A stretch of 39,424 nt of DNA from Thainema sp. (GCA_052168235.1 JBQLZK010000066.1:1-39424), one strand, 5' to 3'; shown: positions 29,427 through 39,172, counted from the stretch's first letter. Made by a program: numbers and translations. The notes: a model not told the origin generated them from the letters alone.

Positions 29427-30347
29427 TCAGGTGTCCAAATTACGAGCAACACTGCGCATCAGGAAAATCGCGACGATATTGGCCAGCACCACGGCAATCA
29501 AGCCGCCTGCCGACGCACCACCGACATCGAATTCCAGTAGCGCTTTCAAGTAGATGTAGTAGGCCAGGTTAGTCGTGGCCAGTCCGGGGCCGCCTCCGGT
29601 GGTGACGAAGATCTCTGCAAAGATGGTCAAGAAAAAGATGGTTTCGATCATCGCCACAACTGCGATCGCACGACTCAGGTGGGGCAGCACCACAAACCGA
29701 AATAACTGCGTCGCGTTAGCGCCATCCATGCGGGCCGCTTCCATCTGGTCGGCATCCAGCGACTGAATCGCCGTCAGCAAAATCAGTAGGGCAAAGGGCA
29801 GCCACTCCCAGGAAACAATGATGATGATGGCCAGCAGCGGCAGATCAGCAAACCAGTCAATGGCTCCTAAGCCTAGTCCCCGCGTGATTTGGGCGAACAG
29901 CCCGTTCACTGGATGCATCAGCATATTTTTCCAAATCAGGGCGCTGACTGTGGGCATGACGAAAAACGGTGAAATTGCCAGCACCCGTGCTACGCCGCGA
30001 CCAGCAAAATCTTGATTAAACAGCACAGCCAGCAGAGTACCCAGACCGATGGTAATCACCAGTACCGACACCACCAAAATCAACGTGATGCCAATGGAAA
30101 TCCACAGAGCTGGATCAGTAAGAATGTAGGTAAAGTTCGCAAAGCCAACAAATTCACGGTTTTCGGGCAGCAGCAGGTTATAGCGCTGGAAGGCAAACCA
30201 GATGGCCATCGCCAGCGGCACCACCATCCACAGCACCAGCACGATCACAGACGGAGCGACGAGTAGTCCCGCCGGAATTCGCTGTTGCGATCGCGCTTTT
30301 GTAGGTGGCGGTTGTTGTTGGGGTCTTGTTGCTACGGTGGAAGTCAT
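29427..30347 (-). CDS. smoF: Polyol ABC transporter permease (F subunit)
   Basis: PFFVMPTVSALIWKNM and EAARMDGA. Start is probably ATG 30347, since the upstream extension is a translated repeat. Confidence 0.88.
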   Translation of the reverse strand: MTSTVATRPQQQPPPTKARSQQRIPAGLLVAPSVIVLVLWMVVPLAMAIWFAFQRYNLLLPENREFVGFANFTYILTDPALWISIGITLILVVSVLVITIGLGTLLAVLFNQDFAGRGVARVLAISPFFVMPTVSALIWKNMLMHPVNGLFAQITRGLGLGAIDWFADLPLLAIIIIVSWEWLPFALLILLTAIQSLDADQMEAARMDGANATQLFRFVVLPHLSRAIAVVAMIETIFFLTIFAEIFVTTGGGPGLATTNLAYYIYLKALLEFDVGGASAGGLIAVVLANIVAIFLMRSVARNLDT

Positions 30348-30361
30348 TTTGGGAAAAGAGA

Positions 30362-30451
30362 ATGGGTGGATGAGTGGATGGGTGGATAGGTGGATGAGTG
30401 GATGGGTGGATGAGTGAATTGAGAACCCATCGACCCATCTACTCATCTACT
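30362..30451. repeat. Tandem 8-mer ATGRGTGG x7 followed by inverted related copies
   Basis: Seven copies at 30362-30417, then ACCCATCG ACCCATCT ACTCATCT from 30426. Confidence 0.85.
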
Positions 30452-31796
30452 CGATATATCCCGTATGTCGCATGAACCGTTCGGCGACGGTTTGCGATCG
30501 CTCAATCGCCTGATCCACAGATAGGTTATCGGCGAGAGCAGCGGCCATGCGTTGACCAACTTGTGTGCCGATGGCCTGGAACTCAGGGATATCAACGTAT
30601 TGCACGCCCTTATATGGAGTCGGTTCGGGGGAAGGATTCGTGATATCGGCAGACTGAATCGAGTTCAGCACGATTTCCGCAAAGGGAGCCGCGTCCTGAT
30701 AATTGGGATTCTCGTAGGTGGACTTGCGAGTGCCCGGAGGCGCAGACACCCAGCCCTTCTCCTCTGCGACTAGCTGGATATACTCTTTAGACGTGGCCCA
30801 AGCGACGAAGCGTTCAGCCTCTTCCGGTGATTGGGATGTCTCTGGAATTGCCAAAGCCCATGACCAGAGCCAGTTTGAGCCGTTAGGATAGGTCTCAACC
30901 GGGGCACGAGCAAAACCAATTCGGTCAGCAACCTGGGATTCATCCGGATTAGAAAGCAAGCCAGCCGCCACCGTAGCGTCAATCCACATGCCGCACTTAC
31001 CCGTGGAGAACAATGCTAGGTTTTCGTTGAAGCCGTTAGAGCTAGCTCCGGGTGGGCCATATTTGTTCATGATGTCCACATAGAAACTGATGGCATTCTG
31101 CCAGGCTGGCGTGTTGATGGTGGGGTTCCAGTCCATATCAAACCAGCGTCCGCCAAAGGTATTGACCAGGGTTGTGATATACCCCATGTTTTCACCCCAG
31201 CCCGGCTTACCGCGTAGGCAAATACCGTAGACACCATTATTAGGGTCATGTACCTGCTCTGCCCATTCAGCAACCTGTTCGTAGGTGGGGTTTTCAGGCA
31301 CCGTAATGCCTGCCTGATCAAACAGATCGGTGCGGTAATACAGCATCGAGCTTTCACCGTAGAAGGGCACCGCATAGAGCGTGTCCTCATAGGAAAGCCC
31401 AGTACGAATCGGGTCGAGCAGGTCGTCTACCTCGTAGTCATCGGGTAGACCATCAAGCGATCGCAGCCAGCCCCGTCTGGCCCAAATGGGGGTTTCGTAT
31501 GAACCAATGGTCAGGACATCGAACTGGCCGCCCTGACTGGCAATGTCGGTAGTGGTACGCTGACGCAGAATATTTTCTTCCAGAACAACCCAGTTCAGCT
31601 CAATATCTGGATTATCGGCTTCGAACTGACTGGATAGCTCCTGCATGACCACCATGTCGCCATTATTGACGGTGGCAATGGTTAAGCGGGTTTTCCCTTC
31701 TGCTTGTGGCCCTGCTGAACAGGCGTGGAGTAGCTGTACGAACAGGATACCAATGAGAAGCGCAACTACCAATTTGGCGAAGCGAAATAAGCGCAT
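30447..31796 (-). CDS. smoE: Polyol (sorbitol/mannitol) ABC substrate-binding lipoprotein
   Basis: Lipobox-like LHAC, TIATVNNGDM, WVVLEENILRQR and CLRGKPGWGENM. Confidence 0.9.
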   Translation of the reverse strand: MRLFRFAKLVVALLIGILFVQLLHACSAGPQAEGKTRLTIATVNNGDMVVMQELSSQFEADNPDIELNWVVLEENILRQRTTTDIASQGGQFDVLTIGSYETPIWARRGWLRSLDGLPDDYEVDDLLDPIRTGLSYEDTLYAVPFYGESSMLYYRTDLFDQAGITVPENPTYEQVAEWAEQVHDPNNGVYGICLRGKPGWGENMGYITTLVNTFGGRWFDMDWNPTINTPAWQNAISFYVDIMNKYGPPGASSNGFNENLALFSTGKCGMWIDATVAAGLLSNPDESQVADRIGFARAPVETYPNGSNWLWSWALAIPETSQSPEEAERFVAWATSKEYIQLVAEEKGWVSAPPGTRKSTYENPNYQDAAPFAEIVLNSIQSADITNPSPEPTPYKGVQYVDIPEFQAIGTQVGQRMAAALADNLSVDQAIERSQTVAERFMRHTGYIE

Positions 31797-31935
31797 CGCA
31801 CGGCTCCTCTAAATTGCAAAAATGAACTTAAAACGTAGTGGTACCCAGTAATGAATTTTTAGTTGTGTGAGCCAAGCTCACACAACTAAAAATTCATTAC
31901 TTTTCAAAACCACTGATAAACTTAACTTGATTTTA

Positions 31936-31952
31936 TGCTCTATTTTTGAGCA
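31936..31952. promoter_or_regulatory. Palindrome TGCTC-N7-GAGCA in the divergent promoter; candidate operator for the SorC-family regulator
   Basis: Located between smoE and the SDR gene. Related TGAGCA/TGCTCA words recur at about 32861-32915. Confidence 0.45.
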
Positions 31953-32043
31953 AAAGCCCAATAATGGAATCATACTGGTGTCCTTCCCAGAAATGAGGCA
32001 TTTAGTAGTATTCGCAACAATTCTTGATTCTGAGGCAGGCTTT

Positions 32044-32844
32044 ATGAATGCGATCGCAACGTATAGTTTCCAGGGCAAAACCATCCTAATCACAGGCGGG
32101 GCGGGGGAAATCGGCAAAGCCACTGCCCATCGATTCGCTGCCAACGGGGCAGGCATTGTGTTACTGGATATTAACGAAGCTCAGATGGCCGAAGTCGCTC
32201 AGGATCTGAAAGATTATGGTGTCGCTGTTCATACCTTTCGCTGCGATGTGACCAATCCAAAAGATGTCGCACAAGCGTTTGCGGGTGCAGTGCAACAGGT
32301 GGGGCAGCTTGACTATGTGTTTAATAACGCAGGCTATCAGGGTGCGTTTGCCAAGACGGATGAGTATCCCGAAGCCGATTTTCAAAAGGTGATAGATATT
32401 AACGTAATCGGCGTTTTCCACGTCCTAAAGGCCGCAGCCCAGCAGCTCCGAGACAACGGCGGAGCAATTGTCAATATGGCCAGCCACGCCGGGGTAGACG
32501 GGCCACCCAACATGCTGGCCTATGCGGCTTCTAAATTTGCCGTGATCGGTATGACCCAGACGGCAGCCAAGGATCTCGCTCCCTACGGCATTCGCGTTAA
32601 TGCGCTGTCGCCATCGCTGATCGGCCCTGGCTTTATGTGGACTCGCCAAACGGAACTACAGGCCGGAGTCGGTTCTCAGTATTTCGATCCCGACCCCAAA
32701 GTAGTGGAGCAACAGATGATTAACTCTGTGCCACTGCGTCGCTTGGGTCGTCTGGAGGAAGTGGCCAACGGTGTTGCCTTTCTGATGAGCGATGAAGCCA
32801 GCTATATTACTGGATTTAATCTAGACATTACCGGAGGGCAATAA
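32044..32844 (+). CDS. SDR polyol dehydrogenase, xylitol-dehydrogenase-like
   Basis: TGGAGEIG, NNAGYQGAFA, YAASK and GPGFMWTRQTELQAGVGSQYF..DPKVV.QQMI. As recalled, these resemble Gluconobacter xylitol dehydrogenase. Likely start is ATG 32044. Confidence 0.8.
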   Translation: MNAIATYSFQGKTILITGGAGEIGKATAHRFAANGAGIVLLDINEAQMAEVAQDLKDYGVAVHTFRCDVTNPKDVAQAFAGAVQQVGQLDYVFNNAGYQGAFAKTDEYPEADFQKVIDINVIGVFHVLKAAAQQLRDNGGAIVNMASHAGVDGPPNMLAYAASKFAVIGMTQTAAKDLAPYGIRVNALSPSLIGPGFMWTRQTELQAGVGSQYFDPDPKVVEQQMINSVPLRRLGRLEEVANGVAFLMSDEASYITGFNLDITGGQ

Positions 32845-33217
32845 CTCCAAACGGTAATACTGAGCAAATTATCCAACTTTAGATATTTGCTCAATCTGTC
32901 CACAGATAGATGCTCAATCACTAAAGACTTTCCTTAAACATCCGTGTCCTAATATCCAGTCTGATTGAAAGCCCATAATTTATTTTGGGTGGAACATTTG
33001 TGGAGGAAGCATTTCACAAAAAATAAATCGGTTTTTTACACACAGACTCGACACAGCAGGACGGACTACGGCTATAAAATAAACTTTCCGCAAGAAATTT
33101 ATATAGATGAAAATCAATCATTCTGCTTTGAATTTTGATTGAAATATCTACCTCGGCACTAAACCCTTAAAATTCAGATCTTTCTAAGATAGATAGCGAG
33201 CGGCTTTGAGGTGAGAG

Positions 33218-34189
33218 ATGGGAGACCTATATGCAGAAAAAACAGAAAAACGCGATCGCAAATTGGATCAAGCAGCCCACGCCGCCTGGCTGTACTACAT
33301 TGCTGGTAATACCCAAGAAGAAATTGCTACTAAACTCAACGTATCGCGGCAGGCGGCACAGCGGTTAGTGGCTCTTGCCGTTAGCGAAAAGCTGATCAAG
33401 TTTAGGCTCGATCATCCCCTAAGCTCCTGCATTGCCCTAGCCGAGTCGTTACGAGACAAGTTTAATCTTTCGGTATGCGAAGTTGTGCCTAGTCCGGTTG
33501 ATAGCGGCGACTTACGCAGCAGTCTGGGCGTTTGTGCCGCCACCTATCTAGAGAACTACTTAACCGCCAAAACGCCATCTATCCTCGCGTTCACATCAGG
33601 CCGCACTCTGCGAGCGATGGTGGAGCAAATCCCGTCAATGGATCAGCCTCAGCACAAAATTGTCTCGATCATTGGCAACATGTCCCACTATGGCCTAGCG
33701 GGTCGCTATGAAGTGGTGATGCATTTAGCTGATCGCACGGGTGCCCAAGCGTATCCAGTGCCAACCCCGGTCGTCGCCACCTGTGTGGAAGAACGAAAGC
33801 TGCTGCAAACCCAGCGCTCGTTTATGACCGTCAAATCCCTGGCAGAGCAGGCCAAAGTCACCTTCGTCGGCATCAGCGACATCGCCTGGAGTTCTCCCCT
33901 ACACGAGAACGGCTTCATCAACGACGAGGAAGTGGCTGAGCTAATTGAGCTAGGAGCCGTCGGCGAAATTGCGGGCTGGGCCTACGATGCACAGGGTAAG
34001 CTGCTGCAAGCGGGCACCAATACCCGCGTCGCTAGCGTTCCCCTGGAACAGCCTGCTCAGCGGCTGATCATCGGCATAGCGGGTGGCCTCAGCAAAATTG
34101 AAGCGATTCGAGCTACCCTCCAAGGCAAGCTGGTCAATGGACTAATCACCGATGAAACCGCCGCCGAAGCAATTTTAGACAAAAGATGA
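33218..34189 (+). CDS. SorC/DeoR-family sugar-binding transcriptional regulator (SmoC-like)
   Basis: AAWLYYIAGNTQEEIA...SRQAAQRLV, GAVGEIAGW and LITDE. Confidence 0.9.
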   Translation: MGDLYAEKTEKRDRKLDQAAHAAWLYYIAGNTQEEIATKLNVSRQAAQRLVALAVSEKLIKFRLDHPLSSCIALAESLRDKFNLSVCEVVPSPVDSGDLRSSLGVCAATYLENYLTAKTPSILAFTSGRTLRAMVEQIPSMDQPQHKIVSIIGNMSHYGLAGRYEVVMHLADRTGAQAYPVPTPVVATCVEERKLLQTQRSFMTVKSLAEQAKVTFVGISDIAWSSPLHENGFINDEEVAELIELGAVGEIAGWAYDAQGKLLQAGTNTRVASVPLEQPAQRLIIGIAGGLSKIEAIRATLQGKLVNGLITDETAAEAILDKR

Positions 34190-34293
34190 TACTGGATATT
34201 AAGTGACAGATCTACAACTTTCTCAACTTGCTGTAGATTGATAGCTCTAGACGCAAACAGTATGATTAGCGCATAAGGTTCTTTCCCAACACC

Positions 34294-35808
34294 ATGAGCA
34301 ATGATCCAAAAGACAGGCGTAACTCTATAGCGCCCCGCAAAAATGCATTACCCGTATATTTTCTTTCCCTAGAGCTAGAGAGAGTTCTTTGCTTCAAGGA
34401 TCGACAAGTTCTTGATCTTTCCGATGGTAACGGTGCTCCAGCACAGTGGACGGTGATTTTAGGCAATAACGGTGTGGGTAAAACTACCTTGCTTCGTTGT
34501 CTAGCAAGTATGGAGACTAGAACATTTCAAGCAAATCCGCAATTTCCTTTGAAACCGTACACTCTTCTAGCATTTTTCGGCAACTCAAAAGATTCTTCAC
34601 CTTGGAAAGAAATACAGGTATTAAAGAACAATCAAGCCAATGTCACAGCCAGAGCAGCGTATAATACATCTTTTCCTAAAATAAAAGAAACATTTTATGC
34701 AAAAGCAAAGGACTTAAAAATTGATCTCCGCTCTATTGGAATCAAGGTGGATTTCAAGTCTGATTCTGTAAGCACCTTTTATGACCTTCCTGAATCAGGA
34801 AGGGAAGTATGGGGAGATGTATCAGTTGAAGATTTATCTAAAATTGAAGATTTATCTGAAAAAGAGATGGTAGAGCTTATTAAGCTTACCAATTCAGAGT
34901 TGTTAAAAAATCTGCTAGAAAACATACTATGTTATTCTTACGGAGCAACGCGAAAAATTGGAGATACAAAGCTAAGTGAACTTGATTTATCCAAAAATTT
35001 TGCGAGTTTATTCTCCGAAGAGGCTTCCTTGATCAATGCTGAAGAATGGTTATTGCAGACCGATTATGCAGTTCGTTCAGCTTCAGGGAAAACAAAAATT
35101 CGTTTAGAGAAACAATTCAATCAAACTGTTGAAATCTTAAAGAATATTTTGCCTGATGTAGAAGATATTCGTATTGCACCTGCTGATGAAAATTTTTCAC
35201 GTCCTAGGGCAGAGTTCTTAACGCCCTATGGTTGGGTTAGTTTATCGGGGTTGGGTTTGGGTTATCGTACTGCTATTGCTTGGATGGTTGATTTAGCTGT
35301 TCGATTGTTTCAGCGATATCCTGACAGTGAAGATCCTTTGTCTGAACCAGCTATTGTTTTGGTGGATGAGATTGACTTACATCTACATCCTAAGTGGCAG
35401 CGTACTATTATGGACTTCTTAACCAAGCGGTTTCCAAATACACAGTTTATCGTTACGGCTCATAGTCCACTTGTTGTTCAGGCTGCCAAGGATGCCAATA
35501 TTGTGTTACTAAGACGTGAAGGTGATCGAGTGGTTATTGACAATGACCCTGAAATTGTGGAGAACTGGCGTGTAGATCAAGTGTTGACCAGTGTTTTTGA
35601 GCTACCTTCTGCTCGTCCTTCGGATCTAGATCCTTTATTAGCTCGCAGGCAGGAATTACTCACTCAAGCTAGTCTTTCAGAAGCGGATGAGGTAGAGCTT
35701 CGAGAATTAGAGGAAAGAATTGGTTCTTTGCCCACTGCTGAAACTCCAGATGATATCAAAGCAATGGATATCATTCGTCGAGCTGCTCAATTACTAGAAA
35801 ATTCTTGA
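34294..35808 (+). CDS. ABC-type ATPase, Septu PtuA-like
   Basis: Walker A GNNGVGKT, signature-like LSGLGLGYR, VLVDEIDLHLHPKWQR and QFIVTAHSP. Confidence 0.8.
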   Translation: MSNDPKDRRNSIAPRKNALPVYFLSLELERVLCFKDRQVLDLSDGNGAPAQWTVILGNNGVGKTTLLRCLASMETRTFQANPQFPLKPYTLLAFFGNSKDSSPWKEIQVLKNNQANVTARAAYNTSFPKIKETFYAKAKDLKIDLRSIGIKVDFKSDSVSTFYDLPESGREVWGDVSVEDLSKIEDLSEKEMVELIKLTNSELLKNLLENILCYSYGATRKIGDTKLSELDLSKNFASLFSEEASLINAEEWLLQTDYAVRSASGKTKIRLEKQFNQTVEILKNILPDVEDIRIAPADENFSRPRAEFLTPYGWVSLSGLGLGYRTAIAWMVDLAVRLFQRYPDSEDPLSEPAIVLVDEIDLHLHPKWQRTIMDFLTKRFPNTQFIVTAHSPLVVQAAKDANIVLLRREGDRVVIDNDPEIVENWRVDQVLTSVFELPSARPSDLDPLLARRQELLTQASLSEADEVELRELEERIGSLPTAETPDDIKAMDIIRRAAQLLENS

Positions 35809-35821
35809 CTGGAGTAGTTGA

Positions 35822-36607
35822 GTGATCAGGATTCAAAAGTCAGCAGTTATTCCAAAGAAACTGCTTCAGGAGGGAAAGCGTAAACGGAAATCATACTCTA
35901 TCAGCTATTCTCACAACCCTTCTCTTTATCAGTCAGGCACTAAAAAGTTCTCTTTCGATCGCTCAATTTATGCCCATGAAACTGTTAAGAAGGCTCTTAT
36001 TGCAGCTCAACATGGAAAGTGCTGCTTCTGTGAACGGCTAATTGGAACAGATGGAGATGTCGAACATTTTCGCCCAAAGCAAGCTTATAAGCAATCACTT
36101 GGTGAGCCACTACAACGTCCCGGTTATTATTGGCTGGCTTACGAGTGGGATAATTTGTATCTTGCCTGCCCAGGATGCAATCAACGTCACAAACAAAATT
36201 TATTTCCGCTAAAAAATCCAGCGGATCGGGCAATAAGTCATCGTCAAAATATTGCCGATGAACAACCCTTATTTATTGATCCAGGAAAAGATGATCCTGA
36301 AGAATTCATTGGATTTAGAGGTGAGATTGCGTTCCCGCTAAATAACAACTTGAGAGGACAAGCTACCTGTGACTCTATAAAGCTAAATGGACGTTCGCTA
36401 CCTGAAGCTCGGCTTCAACGCTTACAAATTCTAAAGAGACTTTGGCAGATTGTGCAACTATCTGAGCAACAGCCCAATAATACAGAGCTTCAACTTGAAA
36501 CAGAAAAAGCAAAAGCTTTATTAGATAAAGCCAAACAAACCGATGCCGAATTTTCTGCTGCTTCAAGTAACGCACTCCGCACAGATTTTCGCTACGTTAT
36601 TGACTAG
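35822..36607 (+). CDS. HNH endonuclease, Septu PtuB-like
   Basis: KCCFCE...DVEHFRPK...YYWLAYEWDNLYLACPGCN..K. Starts 13 bp after the ATPase. Confidence 0.8.
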   Translation: MIRIQKSAVIPKKLLQEGKRKRKSYSISYSHNPSLYQSGTKKFSFDRSIYAHETVKKALIAAQHGKCCFCERLIGTDGDVEHFRPKQAYKQSLGEPLQRPGYYWLAYEWDNLYLACPGCNQRHKQNLFPLKNPADRAISHRQNIADEQPLFIDPGKDDPEEFIGFRGEIAFPLNNNLRGQATCDSIKLNGRSLPEARLQRLQILKRLWQIVQLSEQQPNNTELQLETEKAKALLDKAKQTDAEFSAASSNALRTDFRYVID

Positions 36608-36699
36608 ACCAAGTTTGCCTTGATAGGAATCGGAATCTGTCGTAGCGAAACTTGTCTCTACTTAGGTAAAACGATTTGAAATAAATCTGGTTTGGCGAC

Positions 36700-36743
36700 G
36701 AACGGAGAGTTGTGACAAGAACAGTTGCCACGACTCTCCGTTC
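36700..36743. terminator. Hairpin between the convergent HNH and wrbA genes
   Basis: GAACGGAGAGTTGTGACAA-N6-TTGCCACGACTCTCCGTTC. Confidence 0.6.
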
Positions 36744-36755
36744 ATTGTTCAACCT

Positions 36756-37370
36756 TTATCCTCGTACTTTGGTTGTTACCTCAGCCACCCGCTGTCCCAA
36801 GGCGCGGGCAATGTCTAGATCCTCAGGCTTTGGCTGGAGTTCGCCTTGGCCACCTGCGATCGCACTTGCACCGTAGGGTGTGCCGCCGCGTGCTTCGGTA
36901 TGAATCATGCCGCGAACTGAATAGGGCACACCAACAATCAGCATTCCGAGATGCAGCAGGGGCACCATCATGGTCAGCAGGGTTGTTTCCTGTCCACCGT
37001 GAGTCGATGCGGTTGAGGTGAACACCCCAGCAGGTTTGCCCTCCATTTCGCCGTTGAGCCATAGGCTAGCCGTGGAGTCTAGGAGCTGTTTCATCTGAGC
37101 GGTCATGTTGCCATACCGCGTCGGAGATCCCATGATCACTCCGTCTGCTTCCCGTAAGTCATCGACGGTGCAAACGGGGATATCTTGCTGCTGGTCGCGC
37201 ACCTGGCGAGCGGCGTCATTATTGTCGATAATTTGATTGACCGCATCAAATTCCTGTACTCGACGCAGAACAACCTCAACTCCTGCCACCTGTCCGGCTC
37301 CTTCCGCAACGGCTTGTGCCAGTTGCAGTGTGTGACCGTACATGGAGTAGTAAACAACCAAAACTTTCAT
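36756..37370 (-). CDS. wrbA: NAD(P)H:quinone oxidoreductase WrbA
   Basis: YYSMYGHT, GSPTRYGNM, STASTHGGQETT and GGTPYGAS. Confidence 0.93.
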   Translation of the reverse strand: MKVLVVYYSMYGHTLQLAQAVAEGAGQVAGVEVVLRRVQEFDAVNQIIDNNDAARQVRDQQQDIPVCTVDDLREADGVIMGSPTRYGNMTAQMKQLLDSTASLWLNGEMEGKPAGVFTSTASTHGGQETTLLTMMVPLLHLGMLIVGVPYSVRGMIHTEARGGTPYGASAIAGGQGELQPKPEDLDIARALGQRVAEVTTKVRG

Positions 37371-37460
37371 ATTGTCTCCCGAATAAGCACCTCCTCATAC
37401 TGGTGGAGTTTGCCGGATTCGGAATCCCTCAAGGGTTGGATTTGAGTGGCTGTACGGGCT

Positions 37461-37619
37461 TTAACGTTTGCTCGATAAAGACGTACTTTCTAGCTCTCGT
37501 GGGTCTTGAATCGATCGATCCTGTAACCAAGCAAACATTGCAGAAGCTCCCAGTAAAATCAAGGTGATAATACTGACAATCTGCATCATAATGACGTATC
37601 GCATAAGTGTTTCATGCAT
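37461..37619 (-). CDS. Small single-TM protein (52 aa), below the ORF-track size cutoff
   Basis: MHETLMRYVIMMQIVSIITLILLGASAMFAWLQDRSIQDPRELESTSLSSKR. ATG lies 5 bp after the upstream stop. Confidence 0.55.
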   Translation of the reverse strand: MHETLMRYVIMMQIVSIITLILLGASAMFAWLQDRSIQDPRELESTSLSSKR

Positions 37620-37624
37620 GAGGA

Positions 37625-38986
37625 CTACACGAGATTGAAATGCTCCATGTGGACATTGGTTGCAGGGACGTCCAAATCATGAAGCGCGGCCTCAACCTGA
37701 TTCATCATGACGGGAGCGGCACAGATAAAGTAGTGTCGGCTGCCCCGATGAAGGGGAATGTATCGTTGCAACAGGTCTTTATTGACGTAGCCAGTTTCGC
37801 CAGTCCAGTCTTCGGGCGGCTTTCGCAACACGTGAATGATCGTCAAATCCAGGGAGTCAACCAGGGTATCCAACTCCTCGCGGAAGGTTATATCTTCCCA
37901 GCCTTTGTTGGCATAAATGAGTAAAAACGGGCGATCGTCTTTTCGCTCAGCCGCAGTGACCAGCATACTCATCATGGGAGTGATGCCGATTCCACCTGCA
38001 ATCAGGACGAATCCGGCAGAGTCCCAATAGAGATCGCTTGTAAACACGCCGTAAGGACCATCAAGGTATGCTTTTGTCCCCGGCTCAACGTCCTTAATGG
38101 TTCGAGTAAAATCTCCCAGCGCTTTGATGGTAAATTCTAGTCTTTCAGGATGATCGCCGCTGGAAGACATGGAAAAGGGATGTTCACGCATTCGAAAGGG
38201 CGTAATATCGAGGGTTATCCACGCAAACTGTCCAGGCTGGAACCGGAACCCTTCGTGTCCTCTAGGACGAACAGCCAGTGTCCATACATTTCCCCTTTGA
38301 GGAATAACCTCTTCTACCAGGTAGGGGCGTCTGGTCATCATCCAGGGTTTGACAATGCGCACGTAAATCAGTAGCCACAAAGCGGCCAATGCGATCGCAC
38401 TCCACAACAGCTGTTTCCAAAACAGTCCCAGATAATAGCTCACTCCTATTGCATGGGCTAAACCCAAAATCACAGCTCCCACAGCTAAGATGCCATGACT
38501 TGTGCGCCATAGCTCATATGGGATGCGAAGGCGCTGTCGCCAAATTGAGGTTGTAACCAGTGCTATCAGGGCTAGGGTGCCAGTCACGGCAAATCTGGCT
38601 CGCCAGGGAGCCTCGACTATATTCAGTAACCCTAGCGTTTCGGGTTGGTCGATAAAGAGAACGAGGGGATGAATCAGGATTAAGGCGAAAGCCACCAGAG
38701 AGATATAGCGGTGGAATTGCAGGATGATGTCAACCCCATAAGATGCCTCAATTCGATTGATGCGGGCGGTGAGGGCAAACTGAAGGGCTAACATTGCTAA
38801 CCCAACAAATCCTAGGGCAACTGAAAAATCTGTCCAGAAGCTTCGTTCATTAAGGGCGGGAGGGTATAGCAGTAGGATAAAAAGAGGCAGCAGGGCAATC
38901 GCTAGATAAACGGCGATCCAAAAGGTAGCCACTGCAACCGGGCTTCTCATTAATAGTCGTTGCATTTCGACCTGTCTATTCTTCAA
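37625..38986 (-). CDS. Ferric-reductase-like TM domain fused to an FAD/NAD-binding (FNR) domain
   Basis: About 6 TM with heme His (QFHR, IHP, SHG, AHA). FQPGQF, EHPFS, DGPYG and LIAGGIGITP. Start uncertain. Confidence 0.85.
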   Translation of the reverse strand: MKNRQVEMQRLLMRSPVAVATFWIAVYLAIALLPLFILLLYPPALNERSFWTDFSVALGFVGLAMLALQFALTARINRIEASYGVDIILQFHRYISLVAFALILIHPLVLFIDQPETLGLLNIVEAPWRARFAVTGTLALIALVTTSIWRQRLRIPYELWRTSHGILAVGAVILGLAHAIGVSYYLGLFWKQLLWSAIALAALWLLIYVRIVKPWMMTRRPYLVEEVIPQRGNVWTLAVRPRGHEGFRFQPGQFAWITLDITPFRMREHPFSMSSSGDHPERLEFTIKALGDFTRTIKDVEPGTKAYLDGPYGVFTSDLYWDSAGFVLIAGGIGITPMMSMLVTAAERKDDRPFLLIYANKGWEDITFREELDTLVDSLDLTIIHVLRKPPEDWTGETGYVNKDLLQRYIPLHRGSRHYFICAAPVMMNQVEAALHDLDVPATNVHMEHFNLV

Positions 38987-39071
38987 GTACTGACATTAAG
39001 TCCGATCTAACCAAACTGCCTGATCTAGCCTTTGTTTAGCTCCAGGTTCTGCAAGCTTCGCAAACTACATA

Positions 39072-39172
39072 GACTCACATCTTGCACCTTGTAAACCAAG
39101 AATCCATAAGGGGCATTTTGCCGCCGTATCGCGGTGGCAAGTGCTCTTTGGTTTTGGTGCGAGATGTGAGTC
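39072..39172. mobile_element. 101-bp MITE-like element with 17-bp terminal inverted repeats and a nested hairpin
   Basis: GACTCACATCTTGCACC...GGTGCGAGATGTGAGTC (1 mismatch), with inner GCCGCCGT-ATC-GCGGTGGC. Confidence 0.55.

Noticed and set aside
30348..30446. N-terminal extension of the smoF ORF
   Set aside because: It is a translation of the octamer repeat; ATG 30347 is the more plausible start.
31867..32043. N-terminal extension of the SDR ORF
   Set aside because: It spans the AT-rich divergent promoter; the SDR fold starts just after ATG 32044.
34190..34293. Retron msr-msd upstream of the ATPase
   Set aside because: Too short, only a weak hairpin, and no reverse transcriptase in the window.
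4581..38510. Numerous antisense and alternate-frame ORFs inside well-supported genes
   Set aside because: These are shadow ORFs of codon-biased genes with no independent support.
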